This document shows positions 9,110 to 18,093 of a stretch of 64,000 nt of DNA, one piece after another (positions within the stretch are counted from its first letter, which is position 1; every line of letters starts with the position of its first letter). The position numbers and the translations under genes were made by a program. The notes below the pieces were generated by a model, which saw only the letters and a list, made by a program, of their open reading frames with translations, was not told the origin of the DNA and made no database searches. This DNA is from a virus, in the IMG/VR virus record IMGVR_UViG_3300045988_130750, positions 1-64,000 of that record, one strand, 5' to 3'.

Positions 9110-9147
9110 TCACCATTCTCCAATTTGTATCAATATTCATCTCATTT

Positions 9148-9165
9148 ATTTATTCTCTTTAGAGG
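9148..9165 (-). promoter_or_regulatory. recurrent GAGAATA-type promoter-like motif
   Basis: minus-sense AAAGAGAATAAATAAATG; antisense to the 3' end of 8930-9109. Confidence 0.3.
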
Positions 9166-9200
9166 GCAAGTCATCACGACTGTCCTCTATTTTATTTATT
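9161..9200 (+). terminator. rho-independent terminator of the 8930-9109 unit
   Basis: AGAGGGCA...TGTCCTCT hairpin followed by ATTTTATTTATT. Confidence 0.5.
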
Positions 9201-9211
9201 CTCTATTTGTT
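9194..9211 (-). promoter_or_regulatory. recurrent GAGAATA-type promoter-like motif
   Basis: minus-sense ATAGAGAATAAATAAAAT; second copy 46 nt upstream of the first. Confidence 0.3.
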
Positions 9212-9707
9212 TGTAATTTGTTATAAAACCCTCAACTGAATTATAACAATTAGTTTTACAACTTTTTACCTATCCGTTACACTCAAATAGGAGAGCAGTT
9301 ATACTCATGTACACATGAACACGCATCATACTTGCGTCTACCTGGACTATACCATCATGAAGAAATTCTCCACGCAACCATTATAGTCTCTGAACGTTCC
9401 TAGCATTTTAATGTACGACTAGGCTTCGCTGCGAATTACCCCAATAACACAAAATAAGATATTACTCTTAATCCCTTTCGAGTTAAGTTTTCCTTTCAAG
9501 ATTTCGTACTTTTCCTGAATAATAGTTTTATTTTGCTGTTGAGTCCTCGATGTCTGTTCACTAAACACCTTGCAGTTTAGGTCGTTGTTTACGCTATTGA
9601 AAAACTATATCAGTGCAAATAATATAGAACCAATAACCACCATACTCCTCATTATTAATATAACTTGTTCCATGTTACCATGCTAGTATGGGTGGGCAAG
9701 ACGGTAA

Positions 9708-12700
9708 CTATATAGATACTGGAACTATATAATGTTCACCCACGTTTTTAACGGCAATACCTGCACCAATTCCTGTTAAGAGTGTTGGGAGGATACCTAT
9801 TGTGTCTACAAAATCTGTAGCACCTTTTGTTAAGTTTGTTAATAAATCTATTCCGTTCTTAATAGTTTCTGAATCAATGACTTTGAACCAGAATTCTTGT
9901 GCTCTGTTGGAGAGCTGTTGAAGTTTGCCATCTACACTATCAAGATAAGAGTTTAATTCTTGTTCTACTGAACCTTCTGAATTTTGTGCATCTTCATACA
10001 CAGACTTTAACATTTCTCCATTTTGGAGTATACTAGCTGCAATATTCGATCTATTCTTACCTGCTATAGTCTCCAATAAAAGATTAAGATTGTTTGTTCC
10101 TAGTTCTTTATCTTTTTTTACAATATCATCATATAAATCTGCTAACCCCTGCATGATCTCATATGTGCTCTTGTAATTTCCATTATCATCAAGAATATCA
10201 AAACCTTTACCATCTGCGGAAGCTGCTTTAGTAGCGTCCATAATAGTATCTCTTAGTTTTGAAACAGTTGTAATCATGCCATCTGTTTCTTCGCCTAAAT
10301 CTGAAAGTTCTTGTTTTGCTTCTTCAGTGCCTACGAGTCTAAGAGAAATGGTACGAAGACCTGCTCCTACTTTTGATGGATCTTGTGTAATTGCATTGCC
10401 AGCCGTAGTGAGAGATACAGCCTCATTTAAATCGTTGTTTGCAGTAACTAATGCACTTGCAGAATCTTTCAGAGCAGTAGCTAAACCGTCTGTACTAATA
10501 CTATAATTGTTTCCGATATTATTTAGGACATTTATAATATCCATTTTATCAAGATCTTTATAAGCCTGACTCATAGATACAAGAGATTCTGTTGCTTCGT
10601 CAATCCCCTCAAATTCAGATACATTAAAAAGAATATTTGCATCTTTTGCACTCTCAGCGGCTTCTGACATGGATTCACCTAAACGCATCCAATCTGCCGT
10701 GGAATTTTGTATCTGTTTTGCAGTAGTACCAACCACATTTGCTACATCAAAAGTCGTATTCTGATAATTTTTTAAGCTTTGTGTTGTTTCTTCAGATACT
10801 TTTCTCATTTCTGTAAGAGCAGTATTAAGTTCACGAACAGTAGATAGTCCATTCCTAAAAGAATTCATCATTCCGTAGAAACCAACATACATACTCAAAT
10901 AACTTTGCATCTGACCAATAAATCCATAATAAGATTTTGATGCTAAAATATCGAAAAAGTTTTTTCCAGCTCTACCCGCTAATTCTTCAGCATTTTTAAT
11001 TTCCATTACCTTTGTATGAATTGCTTCAAGATTAACAGTCGGATCACCAGATATTAATTGAGTAATTAATGACCTTAGTTCAATTTTTGCTTCTTTAGAA
11101 TAACGTGTATTCTCTCTTAAAAGTTGATTGATTTTATCAATTTCTTTTTGTACAGAAACAGATTTCATACCTTTTTCAGAGGCAGACATATTTTTTAATG
11201 ATTTTTGAGCTTCTTCTGCATTTTGAGTAAGACGTTTAAAACTATCAATCTGTTCCTGTTTAACAAACTCGCCATTAGAAATTGAACTTGATAAATTCTT
11301 TAAATCATTTAAACTAGAATTGAAAGACGAAAGTTTATCAGAAAACTCAACACTCGGATTATAGCCATTTCGAGATGCATCAGTTGAATATTTATCATAG
11401 CTATTTTGAAAACGTTTAATAACAGAATTCATATATTCAATCTGAGAATTATTTGCATTTCTCATAGCATCTTCTAATCTTGCAATAGACCTAGTAGACC
11501 CTTGTGATGCTTGGTCAAATTGCTTCATAACATTAACCCATTTTTCCCATGTGTTAACATCAGCTTTATTAGAATTAGCAATGGACGATAATGTTTTTTT
11601 TGCTTCATATGCAATATTTTTTAAACGTTCAACTTCTTGTTCTTGGTCAGCAATAACACTTGTATTTTTGCCAGTCCCTTTATCTTTTGCCTTGAGATGA
11701 TTTAATTCTGTAACAGCATCCATATATTTCTGAATTGCTTTTACATTCTTGTCCCATTCATTTTTGTCAAAAGCATTATTTTCATCTTTGATTGCACCAA
11801 CACTTGCGTTTGCACTATCTTTGACTTCCTTATTTGCATTTGCAAATTTCTTTTTACTATTTGCAGCCTTTTCAGCACTTTGAGTAGTCTGTTCTAATGC
11901 ATTATTCTCTTCTTTAATAGCAGAAGTAGAAGCATTTGTAGCAGAAGAATCAGTCTTAGGAAATGCGTCTTTCATTCCATTTGAAATATTCGTTTCAGAA
12001 GAAGTAAAAGATACCTCTTTCTGCGTTTCTGCTAATTTTTTTTCTGCTTCAGCAGTGGCAATTGCTTGGATTTCTTGTGTTTTTAATGAATCTGTATAAT
12101 TATAATTCTGTTCTTGTGCTTTATATATTGCACTATCTAAAAAATATTTAGCACTTGATTCATCTTGGGCAATAATATCTTTATCATCAGATTTATTCCA
12201 GCTTTTCAGATATCTCACATTATCCAATAATTCAACATAGTGTTCTATATTAGAAATTATCTCTGGTGTTATTGGTGCTTCGCCAAGATTCTTTTTTACT
12301 TCAGCATAAGCACTGCTAAAATCTTTTAATTTTCCATCTAACGAAGCAATTTCCAAAGATAAATCCGATAAATCGCCACCGTATTTTTGATAATTTTCAA
12401 ATTCTTTAATTCTCCGACTAGATAAATCAGATGAATTGAAATTATAACCTTTTTCTACATCAATAGTAACCTTTTCTAGTCTTGTCTGTGCTACACCTTT
12501 TTTTAAAGCTTCTTCATATGCTTTATAATAATTATAAGCGGCTTGAGTACCTTCTTGTGTAGCCATTGCTTTTTCATTACCATAAAACTTTTCATATGCA
12601 ACAGATGCTTCCTTTAATTGATTAAAAGCTTCTGTCTTATTTTTTGTTGAAAATGATTTATTTAAAATCTCACTTGTTTTATTAAGAGATTTATTTATCT

Positions 12701-13037
12701 TGTCAATTTCTTTAATAGTGGAAGAGGAGTCAATAATAGATTTTCCTTTTCCTAAATTAATAATCTCATTTATCTTATTCTCTAATTTGTCAAATGTTTG
12801 TAGTTGTTCTTTTAATCCAGAATTACCAAACTCGAATGTGAATTTATCTAATTTAAGTTTTTGTAATTCCTTAATTTTATTAATTACCTTATCATCTTTT
12901 GCATCTAACTGAATTGTAATTTTCTGTTTACCAGCCTTAGAACTAATTCCGTCAAATACACCATTTGTTTCTTTTTCAAATTGTGCAAGACTGGATCTGT
13001 AATCAAAACCAATCTTGATAATATCTGAACTTGCCAT
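9708..13037 (-). CDS. tail tape measure protein (TP901-family core)
   Basis: 1109 aa; long coiled-coil N-terminal two thirds; then TTAKQIQNSTADWMRLGES...LATALKDSASALV...AGNAITQDPSKVGAGLRTISLRL (TP901-type TMP core) and a terminal hydrophobic segment. Confidence 0.85.
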   Translation of the reverse strand: MASSDIIKIGFDYRSSLAQFEKETNGVFDGISSKAGKQKITIQLDAKDDKVINKIKELQKLKLDKFTFEFGNSGLKEQLQTFDKLENKINEIINLGKGKSIIDSSSTIKEIDKINKSLNKTSEILNKSFSTKNKTEAFNQLKEASVAYEKFYGNEKAMATQEGTQAAYNYYKAYEEALKKGVAQTRLEKVTIDVEKGYNFNSSDLSSRRIKEFENYQKYGGDLSDLSLEIASLDGKLKDFSSAYAEVKKNLGEAPITPEIISNIEHYVELLDNVRYLKSWNKSDDKDIIAQDESSAKYFLDSAIYKAQEQNYNYTDSLKTQEIQAIATAEAEKKLAETQKEVSFTSSETNISNGMKDAFPKTDSSATNASTSAIKEENNALEQTTQSAEKAANSKKKFANANKEVKDSANASVGAIKDENNAFDKNEWDKNVKAIQKYMDAVTELNHLKAKDKGTGKNTSVIADQEQEVERLKNIAYEAKKTLSSIANSNKADVNTWEKWVNVMKQFDQASQGSTRSIARLEDAMRNANNSQIEYMNSVIKRFQNSYDKYSTDASRNGYNPSVEFSDKLSSFNSSLNDLKNLSSSISNGEFVKQEQIDSFKRLTQNAEEAQKSLKNMSASEKGMKSVSVQKEIDKINQLLRENTRYSKEAKIELRSLITQLISGDPTVNLEAIHTKVMEIKNAEELAGRAGKNFFDILASKSYYGFIGQMQSYLSMYVGFYGMMNSFRNGLSTVRELNTALTEMRKVSEETTQSLKNYQNTTFDVANVVGTTAKQIQNSTADWMRLGESMSEAAESAKDANILFNVSEFEGIDEATESLVSMSQAYKDLDKMDIINVLNNIGNNYSISTDGLATALKDSASALVTANNDLNEAVSLTTAGNAITQDPSKVGAGLRTISLRLVGTEEAKQELSDLGEETDGMITTVSKLRDTIMDATKAASADGKGFDILDDNGNYKSTYEIMQGLADLYDDIVKKDKELGTNNLNLLLETIAGKNRSNIAASILQNGEMLKSVYEDAQNSEGSVEQELNSYLDSVDGKLQQLSNRAQEFWFKVIDSETIKNGIDLLTNLTKGATDFVDTIGILPTLLTGIGAGIAVKNVGEHYIVPVSI

Positions 13038-13051
13038 AATTCACATCCTTT

Positions 13052-13474
13052 CTAAATTGTGCAACGTTTTCTATATTCGTCTTTTAATCGTTCATGATAC
13101 TTATGCATTTCTCTATACACACTGAAACTAGCAGGAATGTTATACCAACCATGATAAGTACCTTTCGGATTGTAAATAAATTCCGACATAAGATCTGAAG
13201 GTGTGATTTGATCATAGTTATCAAGCATTCTTTCAGGCGTTACTTCGACACCACCGTAAAAAATAGTACCGTGGCTATTTTTATAAAATTTGTTATAAGA
13301 CATATATAAGTTATGTGTTCTTACATATTGTTGTGGTGTGTAATCGCTATAATATAAATCAATAAATGACACGTAACCATCTGTTAATCTCTGTTGAGCT
13401 TCATGTGCTAATTCAGAAGCTTTTTTCTGAGCCTGTTTTTCCAAATATTTAATAGTGTCTTTATTTAATCCCAT
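13052..13474 (-). CDS. hypothetical protein (140 aa), upstream of tape measure
   Basis: GGAGG RBS; position suggests a tail-assembly role; no motif. Confidence 0.6.
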   Translation of the reverse strand: MGLNKDTIKYLEKQAQKKASELAHEAQQRLTDGYVSFIDLYYSDYTPQQYVRTHNLYMSYNKFYKNSHGTIFYGGVEVTPERMLDNYDQITPSDLMSEFIYNPKGTYHGWYNIPASFSVYREMHKYHERLKDEYRKRCTI

Positions 13475-13610
13475 TCATCATTACCTCCAAAATTTTCACT
13501 ATTTTTACACTATTTACACTAAAATAGGAGAGCAGTATTATCACTCTCCATAAGAAAAGCCCTATACGCTGTGACACGCATAGAGCCTATTTATTACATA
13601 TTTTTTATAT

Positions 13611-13829
13611 TTACCATATTACTTGAAAATGCGTATCTGATTCATTTACCTTATATCCATTTTCTTTTAGAATCTCAGCAGTTTCTGTACTAATGAATCC
13701 ATCAACCATAATTGAAAATTTTCCTGCATAAATGGCATCGTCAATACAATAATTAATTTCATCAATAGACTTCTGTAATTTTAAACGACTTTCTTCTGTA
13801 ATTTTTCTAGCTTCTGTTGCTGAAGTCAT
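13611..13829 (-). CDS. hypothetical protein (72 aa)
   Basis: AAAGGAG RBS; no motif. Confidence 0.55.
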   Translation of the reverse strand: MTSATEARKITEESRLKLQKSIDEINYCIDDAIYAGKFSIMVDGFISTETAEILKENGYKVNESDTHFQVIW

Positions 13830-13869
13830 AATATTTTATCTCCTTTATTTTCCCTTTGAAATTTGAATT

Positions 13870-14268
13870 TCAAAACCAACATGGTTTTAATATATATGTC
13901 CAAGACTCATCACACTTTGAACCACCAGACACAGACTTAATTTTATAGTTTTTATACATCCTAATATATGGAAGCAATTCTGTCACATTATTATAATTTA
14001 CGAAAAATCCCTTTTCTTCCATTTTATGTATTTTGTTTTTGTTTTTATAAAAATCAAACAACCCATCGTTATAAAAGCAACAATCAATTTTTATACATCC
14101 ATCATCTAATAATTCTATATAAAATTCGTGTATGTCAATAGTGCGTCCATTAACATACAATGTTAATTCAGTTGTTTTATCGAATATTAGATTATTAATA
14201 TCTTCTTTATATCTATTCAAAGTATTCGCGTGAAAAATTTTTAATTCGCCGATATGTTTATCTTTCAT
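13870..14268 (-). CDS. hypothetical protein (132 aa)
   Basis: AAGGAGG RBS; no motif. Confidence 0.6.
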   Translation of the reverse strand: MKDKHIGELKIFHANTLNRYKEDINNLIFDKTTELTLYVNGRTIDIHEFYIELLDDGCIKIDCCFYNDGLFDFYKNKNKIHKMEEKGFFVNYNNVTELLPYIRMYKNYKIKSVSGGSKCDESWTYILKPCWF

Positions 14269-14271
14269 ACT

Positions 14272-14880
14272 TTATGCCTCCTTAAAATCACCTTTCTCAG
14301 CAAACTCAACAATCTTGACTAAATCTTCCTCAGATAAACTATCAAGTTTCTCTTTTACAACAGTAGCAAGTGGCGTAAGAGTGGATTCACCTAAGTCTTT
14401 AAATCTATCAACCTGTCTTTTTACGAATACATCAATAGAAGATTCAGTTGTAAGCAAGTCATTTTTCTTCATTTCGATAATTGTTCTCAGTTCTGCAATT
14501 TCCTCCTCTGGAATAATTGAATTTTCACCACCCATTAAAATGTTAAGCAACCCAGAGGTCTTGAGTAAATCATAATCAGTATCAAAATGTTCTTTATCAA
14601 TTTCCAAATTTGTATATTCTTCAATTACAGTACGACAAAACAGTATGTACCCAATAAACGTATTTACCTTTACATTTTCAGTTGAACGAGTTTTAGTTGT
14701 TCCATCCTCTGCAATATAATTTTCACATTCAAACACAGTTCTTCTTGCAATAATATCAGCAAGTGCGTCTTTTCTTAATACAGGTACATAAGGCGTGATT
14801 TTGATTTTATCCAAACACTGTTTCTTTAATGTCTCGTTTCCTAATTTACTATATTCTGTACAAATTTCTTTTACTGTCAT
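14272..14880 (-). CDS. hypothetical protein (202 aa)
   Basis: GGAGGAAAAGG RBS; acidic helical protein; no motif. Confidence 0.6.
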   Translation of the reverse strand: MTVKEICTEYSKLGNETLKKQCLDKIKITPYVPVLRKDALADIIARRTVFECENYIAEDGTTKTRSTENVKVNTFIGYILFCRTVIEEYTNLEIDKEHFDTDYDLLKTSGLLNILMGGENSIIPEEEIAELRTIIEMKKNDLLTTESSIDVFVKRQVDRFKDLGESTLTPLATVVKEKLDSLSEEDLVKIVEFAEKGDFKEA

Positions 14881-14959
14881 TTTCCTTTTCCTCCAATTAA
14901 AAAGAAGCCAAGTATAATACTTGACTTCATAATATCCATTAATCTGCTATATGTATTTT

Positions 14960-15139
14960 CTATTTTGCTATTTTACATGGTAGCAATAACCATTTACAAT
15001 CAGGATGTTTATGAATGTGATTGCTAACAAATTCATGTACTTCATCCAATGTTTTTCTGTTTGTATCTTCTTCTATACGATATTCAAATACATCATTATC
15101 ATTAAAACAAACAACTTTAAAAAATACATTATCTCCCAT
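14960..15139 (-). CDS. hypothetical small protein (59 aa)
   Basis: GAAGGGAG RBS; MGDNVFFKVVCFND...; below the ORF-track cutoff. Confidence 0.45.
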   Translation of the reverse strand: MGDNVFFKVVCFNDNDVFEYRIEEDTNRKTLDEVHEFVSNHIHKHPDCKWLLLPCKIAK

Positions 15140-15160
15140 AACTCGTCACTCCCTTCATAT

Positions 15161-15355
15161 TTATTTAATACAAAATAAATCGTATAAATCCGCATGGAGT
15201 ACCTTTGACAAGATTATGGCATTAGACAACATTATATCCTTCGAGACATTATTTTCAATATTTGATAATTCACCAACTGAAATGCCTGTTAATTTTGATA
15301 ATTGCTTTAATGTTAAATTACGTTCATTTCTATAATACCATACTTTATTTTCCAT
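15161..15355 (-). CDS. small XRE-family HTH protein
   Basis: start moved to ATG 15355; RNERNLTLKQLSKLTGISVGELSNIENN is a Cro/C1-type HTH. Confidence 0.65.
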   Translation of the reverse strand: MENKVWYYRNERNLTLKQLSKLTGISVGELSNIENNVSKDIMLSNAIILSKVLHADLYDLFCIK

Positions 15356-15621
15356 ACAGAACACCTTTTTTCTTTTTAGTGTTCCCAACGATTTATTTTA
15401 TATTATGGTATTATTTTACAATACCTAAATTTCAACAAACTGAAAATTAGATAGGGTATAATTATATTTTAGAATATTTTCCACATTCCATATTATGTTA
15501 TTCATAGTCTACAATTACCTCCGTCCTTGGATTATTTTTATCTGTATAACATTCCATGGTTAAAGAAGTAATATGTTTGCTATCATCATCAATAATAAAA
15601 CCACTTTCTGAAAATCCATAT

Positions 15622-16377
15622 TCAGCAAGAATATTCCCAGATATAACCCATTGAACTTTTTATTTTATGTTTACAACACTTAATTATATTGCTAATGTCA
15701 GCACCAGTATATTGAGACGCTTCTGTTGCTGTTGAAAATGTACGAATTAAAATCTTATTCTTATCATACATAGCTACAGATCTGCTATGAACACTTTCTG
15801 CCCCTCTTTTAGCTGCTTGTTTCATATGTAATAAATGTTCTTCTGAAAATTTAATACCTTTTCTTCCTTCACTTATATGTCTTCTTTGTTCGTCAGTTGC
15901 CTTTCTGCCATAATTTGGATTATTTTCTCCATATTTTCCATACATTGGATGAAGGATACCAGTTCTCCCGTAACATGGATTATTTTTACCAGAGTTATTT
16001 ATTCTCATTTTCTCACGTTGTTCATCTGTGAAAATATAACCATGTGTCCCTTCGCCACCATCTGTCATATTATAACCATATCTATTGTCTTTTAAATTTA
16101 AAGATTTTATATAATTTTTCTCATATTCACATGATTCTTCATAAGACAAATTAGTATGTAAAATAATATGGTCAAAATTATCCCAACCATATTTTTGAAT
16201 TGCTGCATTAAAATGAGGGTTTCTTTTATAGGCTGTCCCATTTTGCCATCTTAATTCTGGTGTTCTTGACGTAATACCTATATATTTTTTATCATTGATT
16301 TTATTTATGTGCATATACACTGTATAGTTATTTTTTGCTTCGTTTTCTTTCTGCTCGTTGTTTTTTAACGTACTCAT
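15622..16377 (-). CDS. GIY-YIG homing endonuclease with NUMOD3-like repeats
   Basis: start moved to ATG 16377 (GGAGGG RBS); YTVYMHINKINDKKYIGITS...RW..G = GIY-YIG core; repeated G(K/E)NNP.YG(R/K) motifs; C-terminal HTH-like tail; 50-nt overlap with the upstream gene. Confidence 0.8.
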   Translation of the reverse strand: MSTLKNNEQKENEAKNNYTVYMHINKINDKKYIGITSRTPELRWQNGTAYKRNPHFNAAIQKYGWDNFDHIILHTNLSYEESCEYEKNYIKSLNLKDNRYGYNMTDGGEGTHGYIFTDEQREKMRINNSGKNNPCYGRTGILHPMYGKYGENNPNYGRKATDEQRRHISEGRKGIKFSEEHLLHMKQAAKRGAESVHSRSVAMYDKNKILIRTFSTATEASQYTGADISNIIKCCKHKIKSSMGYIWEYSC

Positions 16378-16762
16378 AAGTTTGCCACCCTCCATCAATT
16401 TTTGAATAGCAGATCCACTTATAATCAACAGTAGGATAGTGATACCAAAATAATTTTCTTTTTAAAATTGCAACACTATCAGGACACCCTTTGGTGTCAA
16501 TAACTTCTTCATGACCGTCTTTATAGACAATAAAAAAATCAGCCACATATTTAATTGGCTGAACAGATTTTCCGTCATGTATGAACTTTGGTTGTAACTC
16601 ATATGGTTTTTGTAATTCGTAATTCACCACATCGCCACTCTCCACTAATGGGCAAAGAACATCTCTGTAATATTTCATTTCTAATACAGAATCAAAAGTT
16701 ATTCCATTATAAGTTCGTTTGCTAACATCTTTATTAACATTAAATTTTGTTCTAGCTGCCAT
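16328..16762 (-). CDS. DUF1064-like (PD-(D/E)XK-type) phage protein
   Basis: ITFDSVLEMKYY...YVADFFIVYKDGHEEVIDTKG resembles DUF1064 / RecU-like nuclease fold proteins. Confidence 0.45.
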   Translation of the reverse strand: MAARTKFNVNKDVSKRTYNGITFDSVLEMKYYRDVLCPLVESGDVVNYELQKPYELQPKFIHDGKSVQPIKYVADFFIVYKDGHEEVIDTKGCPDSVAILKRKLFWYHYPTVDYKWICYSKIDGGWQTYEYVKKQRAERKRSKK

Positions 16763-16826
16763 TTATCTTCCTTTTAACTCCTTTACATAACAAAAGAGTG
16801 ACCTCCGAAGAAATCACTCTTTCAAA

Positions 16827-17777
16827 TTAAATTAACTGCAAAAATTCAGAAGCAGTGATCTTTAATCCATCATCTCCAAATTTATGTTTAGATGCATTAG
16901 TAAGACCATTTCCATATATACCAGGATACTCAACACCATTTGGATTATATCCATTAAGATACATTAATATTTCTGCGGCAGTTACCATATATTGTTTTTC
17001 ACCTTTTTTAACATAATGATTTCCTAATGCTTTTTTAGAAGCACGACCAAATTTTCCATCTTCAACAAGACTGGATTTATAATCTAAATTAATAGCATGT
17101 TGCAATACTCTTGACTTCATTTTATTTGTATTTTTTCCACAAATACCATCAATTGCAATATTTACACCAGTAAATTTAACTGCTTCCTGTTGACCACGTT
17201 TAATTAAAGCATTTCCAGCTACGGCACTTGCAACAGTAGTTTTTACTGTGTTCTGAGATGTTTTAGAACCATCTGTATAAGCAACAATTACATGTTTTCC
17301 TGGGGCAACAATAATATCTCCACACTCAATATATTCAGATTTACCAAGATATTTAGAAGCTTTTAATTCTTGGAATAAACCTGTATTTAAAAGTGCTTTT
17401 CCGATATTACCAGAATATACAGATGATGAAATCATAGATTTTCCATATGCTACATTTACTGCACAAGCAGCTAACTCAGAACAATCTATTTCAACAGGAG
17501 ATTTAACATTTGCAACAACCCATCCTGCATTTTTAAGAGCATTATATCCTGTTGTTCTATGATTTTGACAATAGCCAAAATTATTATTAGTTGCCATTCC
17601 TTTTGCAGCCGCACCGATTCTAACCGCCTTATTTCTATTTTTACAACGGTATACTCGTGTCTGTCCAAAATTATAGATTCTTCCGCATTTTACTTCTTTA
17701 CCTGTTTGATCACCAGCTTTACCACCATTAACTTTACCTAATTCATTAACAGAAGCCCATGCACACATTACAGCCAT
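16827..17777 (-). CDS. endolysin: NlpC/P60-like peptidase plus PG-binding domain
   Basis: EIDCSELAACAV (Cys nucleophile) and GDIIVAPGKHVIVAY (His) in the N-terminal half; C-terminal DGICGKNT...EDGKFGRASKKAL resembles PG_binding_1; immediately follows the holin. Confidence 0.7.
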   Translation of the reverse strand: MAVMCAWASVNELGKVNGGKAGDQTGKEVKCGRIYNFGQTRVYRCKNRNKAVRIGAAAKGMATNNNFGYCQNHRTTGYNALKNAGWVVANVKSPVEIDCSELAACAVNVAYGKSMISSSVYSGNIGKALLNTGLFQELKASKYLGKSEYIECGDIIVAPGKHVIVAYTDGSKTSQNTVKTTVASAVAGNALIKRGQQEAVKFTGVNIAIDGICGKNTNKMKSRVLQHAINLDYKSSLVEDGKFGRASKKALGNHYVKKGEKQYMVTAAEILMYLNGYNPNGVEYPGIYGNGLTNASKHKFGDDGLKITASEFLQLI

Positions 17778-17795
17778 AATAATTTTCTCCCTTCA

Positions 17796-18077
17796 TTATT
17801 TTTTTGGAATTTTATAAGTAAGAGCAGTAGTAGAATCACCAATTCCTCTTGTAGTTGGGTCAGTAATTGCATTGAATAATGATACTAATGCCATGACCAC
17901 AACATAAGGATTACTTACTGCCTGTACAAAAGTTTCCCATACCTTCGACCAAGTTGTTAAATCTGAAGCTTGCAATCCAAAATATGTAAGAATTGGAATT
18001 ACAACAGAAATAACAATCTGTGCGATAAACAAAATATTTTCTTTATTAAAACGTACTTTCCAATTAATTTTATTCAT
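17796..18077 (-). CDS. holin (LL-H / phiLC3-type)
   Basis: 93 aa; MNKINWKVRFNKENILF..., two hydrophobic segments, C-terminal DPTTRGIGDSTTALTYKIP signature; adjacent to the lysin. Confidence 0.7.
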   Translation of the reverse strand: MNKINWKVRFNKENILFIAQIVISVVIPILTYFGLQASDLTTWSKVWETFVQAVSNPYVVVMALVSLFNAITDPTTRGIGDSTTALTYKIPKK

Positions 18078-18093
18078 TTCTACTCCTCCTTAA

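Noticed and set aside
8895-9239. 114-aa track ORF in the non-coding island.
   Set aside because: It runs through a terminator hairpin and promoter-like motifs, and its sequence is unprotein-like. The RBS-supported 59-codon TTG ORF in another frame explains the region better.
9210-9707. A decayed C-terminal continuation of the tape-measure gene.
   Set aside because: All three minus-strand frames are densely interrupted by stops, with no residual coiled-coil-like coding signal. The region looks like structured non-coding DNA.
10276-12912. Plus-strand track ORFs inside the tape-measure gene (10276-10506, 12700-12912). The same applies to other antisense or alternate-frame ORFs inside long genes: 1442-1735, 8137-8430, 14315-14575, 15877-16095, 17486-17741, 20186-20708, 21027-21248, 22070-22836, 23395-23613, 25113-25893, 26180-26386, 27099-27641, 28865-29074, 30876-31413, 32703-33239, 35541-35744, 40938-41372, 44122-44334, 48747-48935, 58600-58824, 59580-59795, 60819-61097.
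   Set aside because: They are shadows of strongly supported genes on the other strand or frame. They have no RBS and their sequences are low-complexity (Ser/Leu/Ile-rich).
13052-14880. Programmed -1 frameshift pair of tail-assembly chaperones upstream of the tape measure.
   Set aside because: I found no slippery heptamer or overlapping extended frame among the four small ORFs by eye. This is not excluded, just unsupported.
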